This document shows, one piece after another, positions 1 through 10,620 of a stretch of 64,000 nucleotides of DNA (position 1 is its first letter; every line of letters starts with the position of its first letter). Made by a program: the position numbers and the translations under genes. A model generated the notes under the pieces. The model was given only the letters and a program-made list of their open reading frames with translations. It did no database searches and was not told where the DNA came from. Source of the DNA: Camelus dromedarius (lineage: Eukaryota); the NCBI RefSeq assembly GCF_036321535.1, contig NC_087438.1:1738001-1802000 (forward strand). The letters are read 5' to 3'.

Positions 1-283
1 CGGCTCTTGGGGAAAACGACACCGGGAGCCAAGGTGAAGCGGCACGGAGTGCGGGTCCCCAGCTCCGGCTCAAGACGTCGCTGGCCAGCCGCCCTGCCTC
101 TCACCCGGGTCTCTTGTCCCGCCAGAGGCGCGGCGGCCCCAGCTGGCGACTCGGGAGCCACCGCCCACGGCACGTTCCCCGCGGCCCCGCTGGCCGATCC
201 CGGGCCCAGCTCCGCACGAGCCGCGATCAGGATCTCCGAGCCCGGGGTCCCGCGTCCAAGCCCGCCCGCCCGCGCGCGATTAC

Positions 284-532
284 CATGTAGGACGGGAAAC
301 CGGCGGCGGCGGCGGCGGCGTCGGCCGAGTACTGCAGCGGGCTGCCGAAGCCGGTGGCCGCCTGCGCGGTGAAGGCCGCGGAGCCCGGGTAAGGGCTGAA
401 CGCCGAGCCCGACGCCGAGCGCGCCAACTCCTCGCTGCGCGGCGCCGCCAGTGCCGACGCGCCGTACGCCGGGCACGAGTAGAGCGCCAGCGAGCCGGGC
501 GCCTGGTACAGGTAGCCCTGCGGGTAGGACAT
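284..532 (-). CDS. IRX2: Iroquois homeobox 2, coding exon 1 (83 codons); downstream exons lie off the left edge of the window
   Basis: Minus-strand ATG at 532-530 (cccatcATG) reads [83 protein letters not shown], the IRX2 N-terminus (distinct from IRX5 [15 protein letters not shown]...). It ends at a phase-0 donor ATG|GTAATC at 284/283. Confidence 0.97.
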
Positions 533-702
533 GATGGGCGCGGGGCGCGCGGCCCGCGTCACGCCGAGCAGCGGGCAGGGCGCGCGGCGCCCTCCATCCA
601 CGCCCGGCCGGGCGCGGCGCGGCGGCGGGCGCGGGGACGGCGGGCCGAGGCTGGCCGGCCCGCGCACTAGCCCGGGCGGCCCGCGGGCCGGGGAAGCGGC
701 GG

Positions 703-732
703 GGCGGCGGCGGCGGCGGCGGCGGCGACGGC
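703..732. repeat. (GGC)8 trinucleotide repeat plus GACGGC, probably in the IRX2 5' UTR
   Basis: Directly visible about 170-200 nt upstream of the IRX2 ATG; UTR placement depends on the unknown TSS. Confidence 0.85.
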
Positions 733-1398
733 GCGGAGCCGGTGGGCGCAGCCGCGCGCCAGGCCGGCGGTCGGGGTTTGGGGGAGTCTGGAGTCGGGAG
801 TGAGGAGTTGAGGAAGGAGCGCTCGAGTTTCCGAGGGACATTGGAACGCGGAGCTGTCCGTCACTCGCTCATCTGCATATTCGGGCGCCCGCCCCCTCCC
901 CTGCTCCGTCCGCTCCGCCCGCTCCGCCCGCTCCAGCCGCCAGGCCGCGGCCGGGGGAGGGGCGGGGACCGAAGGGGAGGGGAGGGGAACGCGGAGGAGC
1001 GGGAGGCGGGAGGGAAGGAGGGAGGAGGAGGAGGAGGGAGGGACGCGCAGGCTTTTGTGGCGCAGTCGCCTCTCGCGCAGCCCCAGCCCGCGGCCCGCGG
1101 CCCCGCGGCCCCGCGGCCAGGCGGAGCCGAACAGTGCGTCCCCCTCCCACTCACACGGACTCCCATCACCCGCCCCCGCTCCCCCACCTTCCGCAGCCAG
1201 CCCCCCAGCCCGCGGCGCGCTGGCCGCCCTCCACTGCCCCGCCCCCAGCTCGGCCCGCAAGGACTAGGCAGAGGCTGCCCACTTCCACTTGGGGGACGAA
1301 AGGCCCGTACCCCTCTCTACACCGCGAAGAGGCCGGTCCAGGTGACTGCACCCCGGACGCTAGCGTCCGGGCCGGGAGCCACGGGTGATGGAGGCGGG

Positions 1399-2527
1399 AG
1401 TGTGGCACCCGAAGCCCAGGTCCTCCGTGGGGTGGCGTGCGCGGCTCTCACTTCCACCTTCCTGGGTCCACCCTGCCTGCCACACGGTGCGCGGCTCCTC
1501 GCGTGGCCTCGCGTCTGGTCGCCTGCCCCGCGCCGCTCATCGTGTCCTCGCGGGACCTGGATCTGGGGCGCTTTCGTTGCAAACTACCAGGAGGGCCCTG
1601 AGGTGAGCTTTCTGCCCCGAAGTCCTGAGTGGAAACCCAGTCCCTGGGTGTTAGGACTTTCCGCTCTAGGAAGTGTTTTTGCAACACGCCTCCAGCGCTT
1701 TACCCGGGAAGAAGCCGCCCCGCAAAGGGTTTTGTTTTATTTTGTTTTAATAAGTTGACTCCTCTTTCGGATTTGTGTTATAAAACACTCGGGGGATGAT
1801 TGTCACTGGACAGACCGCCTCTGGCACGACGTGAAGCCTTGCTGTCACTTGCGAAGGGATGAAAAAGCGACGGGCTGGTGGCACGGGAGGCGCAGTCAGC
1901 AGCACAGGTAGCTCAGGTAACGTGCGACTCCGGAGGTGCCCCAGGGGCCCACCGGCGAGACCTTAGCGATGGGCCCTGAGACCCAGTCCCTAGAAAACAC
2001 CGCTCTCCCCATACCTGCTCCACCCCTCCCCTACCGGAGGCCAGTGGATGAGGGCTTCTGACGACCTGGTGGAAGGGGGAGGGAGGGTCACAATGGATGC
2101 TCGGGAGGTCCACATGGGGTCGTGTGTGCAGGGTCCCGGCGGGATCGCTCACACAACAGGTGCCACTTCCTCGGAGGCCGTCTCGAGTGGGTGACCTGTA
2201 AGGGGAGAACGTGGTGGGTGGGAGCTCCGGCCCACAGCTCCCCCCCCCAACTTCCAGACCCCGGTCCTGTGGACTTAGAAGCTCTAGGAGTTACCGAGTT
2301 CGGGTCGAGGTCGCGCGGGCGCCACGCGCATCCTGCGGCCTCTCTGCTGGGCACGGCTGCAGCTCGTGGAGCAGGAAGCTCCAGCAGCCGGCCTGATAGC
2401 CTGCGGGACCTTCAAGGCAGATCAGGCTGCGTCTGTCTTTCCCCAGGTCCATGGGAACCAGTTGTCAACTGCAGTGCTGAGCTCGAGTAGAACCCATCCT
2501 CCTTGGCCTGGAGGAGCAGCACTCCCG
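1399..2527 (+). pseudogene. Disrupted reading frame homologous to the human C5orf38/CEI ORF
   Basis: Translated fragments VAPEAQVLRGVACAALTSTFLGPPCL / RGSSRGLASGRLPRAAHRVLAGPGSGALSLQTTRRALR / FVL* / KHSGDDCHWTDRLWHDVKPCCH / VHGNQLSTAVL parallel the human CEI sequence as recalled, but lie in different frames with no ATG at the homologous start. Confidence 0.7.
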
Positions 2528-3739
2528 GTAGGTGCGGCCCAGGCACGTTCCACAGGCTGCCTCCCCTATGAGCCCCCAAACCACTCGCCCCCACTTGTCC
2601 TCCCAAACCTGCTCCCCCCCAACGCTTCCTACAGTCCACAGCCCGAACCTCCACACATCACCCCTCACCTCTCCCCCAGAAGCATTCCTCTGATGCCCCC
2701 AGCCCTGCCACACATTACTTCCTGTGCACTTTGGGCCGCTGGGAGGATCTAGCCAGGGAGTTTCAACAATGCTGCTACCCCAAGTAGTCCACCTGATTCA
2801 GTTCAGGACAGATATTTTAAGCCTCAAGAAGGAACAAGAAGGAGAAAGCTAGAAACCCCGGCATCCCGTGGAGCCGGCCCTAGACAGGATCCCTGGCATT
2901 TGTGGTCGTCCTGTGGGGAATCCGGCCAGGAAGAGGCCATAAATGAGCTTGGCACATGTTAGCTGGCCAGCAGGAACAGCAGCTGATCAGGTGACAAGCC
3001 TTCGGTTCGATTCCAATTACATAGTTAAAGTGAAAAAAAAAAAAATCAGGTCTAATTTTTATCTCCAAGGAGGACTGGCCTGGAGTATTTCCATTTCTGA
3101 AGACCAGTTCCTGCTGTTGTTTCATTAGCATTTGGGGCTGCCCCCCTCGCCCTCCCCACCTCCTGCACCCTCTGGGCTTGATCTCTGCCAGGGGCAGAAA
3201 AGAAAACAGCAAATTATTACAGAAACATCCTCAGTTTGGAGCAGGAGCATAAGCTCCGATACACTCGATTTTGACATCAATTAAGTGCATAACCAGACAT
3301 GTGCACGTGGCTTTGGAGGGTCTCCCGTGGCCCCGAGTGCATCTCCAGAAACGGCGCCCTGCTCTTCCCTCTCTCTTGAGCTCCATGCTGCCGATTCTAA
3401 AGACAGCCTCTTCTCTGACTGTATTTCCCCCCAGCAATTATACTCCTCCACTGAAATCTAAATTTTCCATACTGCTGCCTGCTACTAATAAAAACCGTCT
3501 ACCTTGCACTATTAAACAGTCGAATCGCACTACATGCCGTTTTTATTGGTAGTGACTGTAGCAAATTAAAATGCCTACGCACAGACATTAAAACTTACGC
3601 TCGGCATAGTTATTGGGATATATAAACTCCGTGTTACTTGAAAGCTCTCTGATTTTTTTAAAAAATCACTTTCCCTTTTCTTAAAGTTGGCTTAGTCTTA
3701 TTTAAAAAAAAAATCAGTCAGGAGAACATGCTGCCAGTG

Positions 3740-4500
3740 TCGAGGCTCCACGCAGCGGCTCCGTGCGAGGGGGGTCTGGATTCGCTGGAACCGCGTGTCG
3801 GGTTCCCGCGGGGAGCGCTCGGCCGCGCCCAGGGCCCCGCGGCCGTCTCTCTCGGAGAGCAGGGACCTGGGTGACTCGCTCCCGGGCGAGGAGGGTGTTC
3901 AGGCATGTGCAGCGCCCGGGTACGGACAGGCACTTGGCTCCTGTTGCTTTCAGTTGCCCTCCGAGCTGGAGTGGAACAGAATGGGAGACACACACGGGGC
4001 ACACCGGCGGACTGCCCAGACAGCGCGCTCCTCAGAACCATTACCTGGGCGACTGCCAGTTTCAGGTTTACGGTGGAACCCCCCCGCTTCCCCCATGCAT
4101 GCATTAAAAAAAAAAAAAAAGTTAACATGGCCACGTTCTGTTTCTTGTCCCAACAGTGGTCGATACACTTGGAACAAGTCGGCGTGGACATGCACGTTCC
4201 GACGAGCCGCGGTTTCCTGGAGGCCGTGCTCCGGGAAACGACAGACACGCGGCTCGGGCTCCGGGTCCTTCCCGGAAAGCGGCGGCGGCGCAGGCCGGGG
4301 CGTCTCCGCACGCGGTCCGCCCGGGGCTCCCGACCGCCCGGCCAGGCCGAGCAGCGACGCGGCCCGAAGTCGTGCGCGCGGGCGGCGAGGGGGCGCTGTG
4401 GCCCGCGGCTGCCGCCTCGTCCCCACAGCGGTGGCCCCGGCGCCGTCCCCGGCCACCGACGGGCAGCGGGCGCCCGGGCCCTGCCACCTCCCACGTGGGT
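3740..4500. promoter_or_regulatory. CpG island overlapping the candidate last exon of IRX2-DT
   Basis: High GC and CpG density in 3740-4100 and 4180-4500. Confidence 0.75.
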
Positions 4501-4861
4501 GTGATTCGGGGAAGGACACTGACTCTGGAGCATTTCAATAAAAGCTAAGCCGAGCAAGGCCTTTCTCTCACTCCTCCTTTTTACCTTGTCTTCGCTGGAG
4601 TTTGTACATTTGGTGGGAAAACAGCTACCACTCCAGAGGTAAATTAGGGACGGGGGTTCGATTGAGATTAAATAGACACACTTTACCCGGTTCCTCCTAT
4701 AAAGTGCCATATAAATGTAAGTACTTCCACTGTATCAAGGCAGGCTTCTGGTGAATTCTTAATAGGGTCTCCCTCCTGTCCCAGCGCTTCCTGGCGGGAC
4801 TGCAGAGCCAGTGACAGCAAGAAGGGGAGGGGGCAGTATAGGAATTCGGTTCTGCGTTTTC

Positions 4862-4900
4862 CTTTTCTTTTTTTTTTTTTTCTCTTTCTTCCTTTCTTTT

Positions 4901-4973
<73 letters not shown>

Positions 4974-4986
4974 TTTTCTTTCTTTC
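4862..4986. repeat. poly(T) + (TTTC)n microsatellite
   Basis: Direct reading; explains the KKER and FFLS repeat ORFs. Confidence 0.97.
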
Positions 4987-5129
4987 TGAATCGAAATACG
5001 TCGCTGTAAATTGCACAAAATTTAAGTCAGAATGAAACGTAAATGCCTTTGAAGCGTGGCTGAGCCCTCTCACTGATCTACAGACACGTGTGATTGGATC
5101 TCCGAGGTTCTCAAACTCTTCTGATGCGG

Positions 5130-6130
5130 CACCGTGCCTCTGAAGAGCAAGGCCGGAGGCGAACCGGCACAAGGCCAGAGGGTCCCCGCCACTCCCGTCC
5201 TGGACCCTGTGCAGGGACGCGGCTCGGGCGGTGACCTGGGGCTGGGGGCGGGGTGGAGCGGCCTGGCGCTAGGACTCAGGAGGGCTCTTCTCACGCTCCG
5301 GGCACCGTGTGCCCGGTCAGTGGCCCGGGTCTCCCAGTCCGCCGCCTGACTCCTTAGCTCCTGGCTGCTAACGTGTCCCTCCCGGTCTCCTTTAGTGGGC
5401 AGCACAGTTCCCATCGTCTGCACGGATGCCCCGCCTCCGACGTGCTTCCTGAAGTTTCCCCCGAGCAGCAGCCCGAGAATCCTCCCCTCGCCATTTCTCA
5501 GCGTCCTGCGGGTTTCTGTCCTCCCATCTCCGGGCCCTTCCCTTCTCCCCGCCCTCCCGGGTCCGCAGCCCCATGTCCCCGCGCTGCGCTGGCCTGTGCG
5601 TCCCGAGCCCGGAGCGCCCAGGAAGGGAGGTGGGGCTGCCGGAGACCAGCCGAAGGATCCAAGTTACGGAGACCCGTTTCCGGAGCAGCGAGCACCCGAG
5701 CGCCTTCGTTCTCCCATCGGCAGCTGTTTGGAAGGAGAAACATTTGCGAGTCCTTCGCCTTTCACGTTCACGGCCGCGCACATCGGCGGCCCGGACACAC
5801 GCACGCGCACACTCGCGCTGCCTGGGGCCGTCCGGGGCCGCGGGAGCTGCTCTGGACAAGTGCAAACAGATGAAGAGTTGTCAGTTTTTTTTGTTTTTGT
5901 TTTTTCTTTAAAGTGATTCTGCAGTTTTTGGAAGAACTTAGCTCACCCCGACCCCCACCCCCGTCCCTCCGGCAGGTGCTCCGTGGCTTTCTCATCACCG
6001 TTTTACGCGCCGCAGCGCCTCTCGGTGCGCGCGTGCGGATGCGGGTGCCGGCGCGCCCAGGGGCTGCGGAGACCGCAGGAGCCGATCTGACCCGGAAGGA
6101 GCAGGTAGGTTCCTCGCCGGCAAGAAAACA
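5130..6130. promoter_or_regulatory. CpG island about 5 kb upstream of IRX2
   Basis: GC- and CpG-rich, with no recognisable repeat or coding signal. Confidence 0.7.
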
Positions 6131-6899
6131 TTGCAGGAGGAGGAAGAGTTCCTCGAGTTTTAGGACAATTTACTTTTATCAGGCAAGCGACGATGTAGAG
6201 AGCGTCTGTCAGGGGCTGTGTCTCATCTCCTTTGCTAACTTTTAATTCGGTTTGTGCACCCAGAGGGCTCCCCCAGACCACGATTCGGCGGCACGTAGTC
6301 ACACGCACACGCCAGCCCTTTTACTCCCCGAAGTCTCCCACACAATCTGACACACCTGGGCTGCAGATCCAGAAGTCAGGGGGGATTTTTTTCTCCTTTG
6401 TAAATACTGGAAAGAGTGCAGAAATAAAATTTGTTCAATTGGATTGCATTATAAGTAAAAATTTCAGTTGGACAGAAAATAAATTGCTGACCAAGGGGAA
6501 AGATCTTTGCAGCCCCCATAAATGGGAAAATTGTTCTGCAGAATCAGAAAGGGTTCCCACACTCAACAGGTCAAGACAAGCCACTCAATGGGAGAAATGG
6601 GTCGGGGCGCAGGCAGGCCCTCCACACATAGGAGCCTGAAAAGCCAAGCAGGCAAAGAGGTCCACATTCACCCGTGACATCATACAGTGTCTAAGATGTC
6701 ATGGCACCCACTGGATGACACCAAAGGTGGCCCAGGGTGTGCAGAGACAGGGCGCCGCCCCCCCCCCCTCCGGCTGCACTCACTTTCTTAGACTGCTGCC
6801 AAGAAAGTAGGGGGACACTGGGCAACACCAGAAGAAGCAGGAGATGCCCAGTCCCTGCCTCCTGCCCTTGGAGCCCTTTCCTCATCGTCCACCGCAGAG

Positions 6900-7200
6900 A
6901 AAATGCCAGGCAGGGGCACTGAGGCCCTGAGGCCCTGGCACAGTCCTTGCAGCATTGTTTACGAAGGGCAGGGTTGGGACCGGCCTAAATGGCCGTCAGG
7001 AGGGGCCTGGACACAGTCTGTGGCGTATTTCATGAAACAGAAAGTTCCCCAGGGGGCGGAAGTGAATGAAGTGGGCCTGCTTGTGTCAACGTGAGTAAGT
7101 CCTGAAAGTACAAAGCTGAGTGGGAAAAAAGTAATAGCTTTTCAAAAAGGACGCAGACACCAGGATGCTGACTGCAGAATTTTACAAAAATACAGCATTA
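6900..7200 (+). mobile_element. Highly diverged L1 (L1ME-like) 3' fragment
   Basis: tgcagcattgttt...cctaaatggccgtcaggagggg...gctgagtgggaaaaaag follows the order of motifs in the L1M 3' end. Confidence 0.5.
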
Positions 7201-8499
7201 TGTCTACTCTTTACGGGGTGAGGGTGGTGGCTGCAACAAGGCGAGGGGACAACGGCCTCCCCTCCTCTGCAGGCCTACGGAGTGCCTGAGAAGGGGGGAG
7301 GTGGGGGGGGAGTGACAGTCTATTAATAATATTTCATTCCTGAAAAGCACATCTGATGCACATGTCACAAAAGATTATTAACTAGGAGTGACAGTCCCGT
7401 GGGATAGTACTCTGTCCATCCCTCTCATGTGAAATATTTCACACTTTGAAAATTAAAAATAAGTGTTATCATTTAAAGAAGTGTCATCGCTTGGAAGTAG
7501 AGTGAACTAGTTGAGAAGTACTTTCTTTTAAAAAAATAAATAAATAAAACTGATTTCTCAAAAATTCACATTCTTCATCTCCTTCTTTCCTTCTTCAGTC
7601 TCCCATCCTTTGAAACACAAGGTCTTGGATTTGCGTTTTAGACCTTTACACAGATTGTCACTGGTGTGGATGTCTTTGGAACATCACCCAGAACGTGGCA
7701 GGGAGAAACAGGCTTCCTGAGCAGGGTGCACCCCACAGGGCCCGAGGCCCCTCATCTGGGACCTGCCGGCTAGCTGCTCACCCCATGGAAAGTGGAGGCC
7801 TGGCCTCTCGCTCTGCCCAGGGTCGTGGCCCTGTCACTGAGGCCACCGGCCACCTGCACGCATCTGTGGGAGAGGATGCTTTACCCTGGATGGAATTCTG
7901 CATCTTCCCCTACACAGAGCAGATGTATTTTGGGAAATTCAAATCAAGATTAGAGAGAGGGGCTGTGAGGAGACAGAAAGATGGGGGAGGCCACTGGGGA
8001 AGGACAGCCAACCTGGAAAGGAGAAGATGGGTAGGATCCAGGCTCGCCTCCCCCGCAGCTGGGCTCCAGTCTCCAGCAGGCCCTCACCCCTCACATGCCT
8101 CGTCACTCTCAGAATAGAACTCCATGCCTTGCTGGCCCCTCAACTGCTTCTAGAAATGACTACCTCTCTGCTGTCATTCTCCATTTCAGCCAGAGGGGTT
8201 GGGTCTTCCTACACAGATCTGCTCAAAGCCCCTGCAGAGCTGGAGAGGCCTTGAAGCCAAGGCCTGCAGCCTGGCTCTGTCAGTGATTACGGACGTCTGG
8301 CCTCCACATTTTGCCCTTTTCCTCAACCTGCTCAGAGCCAGGCAGGGAAGAGGCTGCTGCTTCCTGGGAAACACCTCCGTCCAGAGGCACCCTGCGCCCA
8401 CGAGGACGAGGGCCGTTCAGGGCTGACGTCTGCCCACAGCTGTGGGCTGGCTGCCCTGGCTCTCTGCTCAGCTTCCCTGGCCCTGCTGGTGTCCTGGAG

Positions 8500-8600
8500 T
8501 GATGGTCCTCTGACTCCAGTGCCACCCTGACTCCAGGCTTGGCAAGTCGTGGGCACCAGAAACGTACTGATTAAATGAATCAATGAACGAGTGAATGGCT
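8500..8600 (+). mobile_element. L2 3' end fragment
   Basis: ggcttggca...gggcaccagaaacgtactgattaaatgaatcaatgaacgagtgaatg resembles the L2 terminus with its (TGAA)n tail. Confidence 0.5.
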
Positions 8601-9086
8601 TGCTCTTGGCCATTCACCTTTTCTTCTAAAAGGTAAACCAGGGCTTTGAGAGAGAGAAACAGGACAATCACAGGGCCACTCACTCACATCCCAGCTCTGC
8701 TTGCCCCTTGGAGATCCCTCTGCACCTGCGTGTAGTGGGCACTCCAGGCAAATCCAGTCACATCTCGGGGGGCTGGCACTCCAGGGTAAAGCAGGGGCAA
8801 GTCTGTAGGTTAAATTTTAAGGCCCAATGGATATGCACACTTAAAATAACATTCAGTTTTGAAAATAAATTCCTGAGTCAGCTATCATCCCCAAGCCTTG
8901 CATTCCTTGAGAAAAGTGAGTGTGCATTTTTTTTTTTTTTTGGATCCCACATGACGCACACTTGTTCCAGCACACAGGCATTTGGGAAAAAAGGAACTTG
9001 AACAAAAGCAAACTGAACTTTGATGACGTTTTTAGTAAAAAAAAAAAAAAATTCAGAGTGGGAAAGAGTATTGCAAACTTTATTAA

Positions 9087-9172
9087 GGGTGGAAGGTATA
9101 GCTCAGTGGTAGAGTGTGTGTTTAGCAGGCACGAGGTCCTGGGTTCAACCCCCAGCACCTCCACTAAATAAA
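9087..9172 (+). mobile_element. Camelid tRNA-derived SINE (vic-1 type), short-tailed copy
   Basis: ggtggaaggtatagctcagtggtagagtgtgtgtttagcaggcacgaggtcctgggttcaacccccagcacctcc with Pol III A box (TAGCTCAGTGG) and B box (GGTTCAACC), then an A-rich tail. Confidence 0.92.
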
Positions 9173-9179
9173 CCCTTTA

Positions 9180-10620
9180 ATTAGATCCCAGCAAGGTTTC
9201 TGAAGATAGAGACAAACTTATTCTAAAATTTATTTTTAATGGCATGAGCTTTAGGAGAGCTGAAACAATTTTGACAAAGAAGAGTTGAGTGGGAAGAACC
9301 AGTCTACTTGTTTCCAAGATATTTCATGGTTCCAGAAATCAAGAGAGTGTGATGTTGATGGGGGAATAGACATATAGATCACTGGGAAAGAAGAGAGAAT
9401 CCAGAAACAAGCACATTCAAATATCCCTGACTTAATATAACAAAGGCGCAACGCCATTCAGTGAGAGAAAGTTAATCTTTCCAACAAATGGTGCTGAAGC
9501 CATTGGCTATCCGTAAGTGCAAATACACACACAAGCTCCAACCCAAGTCCACACTTTGTACAGAGATTAGCTCAACATGGGTCATAGACTTAAATGGAAA
9601 ATTATGAAACTCTTAGAAAAATAGGGGAGAAAATCTTCAAGATCTAGGGCAAATAATTCGTAGACTAGACCCCCAAAGCACAATTCATAAAAGGAAAATT
9701 TGATAAATTGGTCTCTGTCTAGTTTAAACCTTTTGTTCCCTAAAGGAATGAAAATTTGCAGACTGAGAGAAAATATTTGCAAGACTATGCACCCAACAAA
9801 GGACTAGTATCAAGAATATATAAAGAATACTCAAAGCTCAACAGTAAAACAAAATAAAACAAAACAAAACAAAAACTGCAAAACAATCCAATTAGAACTT
9901 GGTTAAAAGACAAAAAGACATTTCACCAAAGAGGATACACAGAAGGCAACTGAGCTCATGAAAGGTGTTCAGCATCGTTAGCCATTAAGGAAATGCAAAT
10001 TAAAACCACAGTGAAATATACGCTATCAGAATGGATAAAACAAAAAAATTAAAAAGTGACACCATCAAAGGTTGGTGAGTGTGCAAAGAAACTAGATTAT
10101 TCCTAACTTGCTGGTGGGAATATAAAATGGTCAATTCACTCTGGAGAACAGTTTGGCAGTTTCTTATAAAACTCAACTTGCAACTACCATGCACTCTAGC
10201 AATTGCATTCTTGGGCATCCATCCCAGAGAAACAGAAACTTATGTTCTCACAAATCCTGTACACGGATGTTCATAGCAGCTGTATTTGTAAGAGACAGAA
10301 ATTGGAATCAGCCCAGATGTCCTTCAGTGGGTGGAATTAATGCTCAACCAGACGCAGGAGTGAGTTATTGGTCTACACAACAACATGCGCGAATCTCTGG
10401 AGAATTAAACTGAGGGAGGAAAGCCAATCCCAGAGGCTGTCTACTGCATGATTCGATGAATAGAACATTTGGGAAATTACCAAGGTTTGGAAATGGAGAA
10501 CAGTTAGGTGGTGGCCAGGGCCGAGGGACAAGGGCTGGGGGGTGGGGGTGGGGGGCCCGAGGGAGGTGGGATGTGTTTACAAAGGGGAACAGGAGGGCTC
10601 CTGGTGGTAATGCGAGTCAG
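9180..10620 (+). mobile_element. L1 (L1MC-like) ORF2 3' part and 3' UTR, degenerate
   Basis: ccaacaaatggtgctg (NKWCW motif); ORF 10079-10276 CWWEYKMVNSLWRTVWQFL...AIAFLGIHP matches the L1 ORF2 C-terminal domain. Confidence 0.9.

Larger units (their letters stand above)
1..1620. promoter_or_regulatory. CpG island with bidirectional promoter of IRX2 (-) and IRX2-DT (+)
   Basis: Very high GC and CpG density, multiple GC boxes, an octamer-like/E-box element ctcatctgcatat near 868-880, and purine-rich G-tracts at 953-1042, all between the IRX2 ATG and the C5orf38-homologous exon. Confidence 0.9.
1300..4560 (+). ncRNA. IRX2-DT: IRX2 divergent transcript (C5orf38/CEI orthologue). Candidate exons ~1300-1602, 1771-1907/1916, 2447-2527 and 4157-~4560
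   Basis: Head-to-head with IRX2. Donor AG|GTGAGC at 1602/1603, donors at 1908 or 1917, acceptor tctttccccAG at 2446, donor CCG|GTAGGT at 2527, acceptor ttcttgtcccaacAG at 4156, AATAAA at 4537-4542 followed by a pyrimidine-rich tract. Peptide-level similarity to human CEI in the first three segments. TSS is approximate. Confidence 0.7.

Noticed and set aside
227..841. Full 204-aa minus-strand ORF as the IRX2 protein
   Set aside because: Only 532-284 is coding. The upstream part starts at a non-ATG codon in GC-rich UTR/promoter, and the tail (VIARG...) is intron read-through past the GT donor.
742..1758. 338-aa plus-strand ORF
   Set aside because: GTG start, low-complexity G/R/P/A content from the CpG island and no domain; only a ~26-codon piece matches CEI.
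3714..4710. Stack of 130-330 aa ORFs on both strands
   Set aside because: Stop-codon scarcity in GC-rich DNA; overlapping in several frames with no recognisable homology.
4683..5172. KKER-repeat and FFLS-repeat proteins (also 53396-53672)
   Set aside because: Translations of (TTTC)n/(GAAA)n microsatellites.
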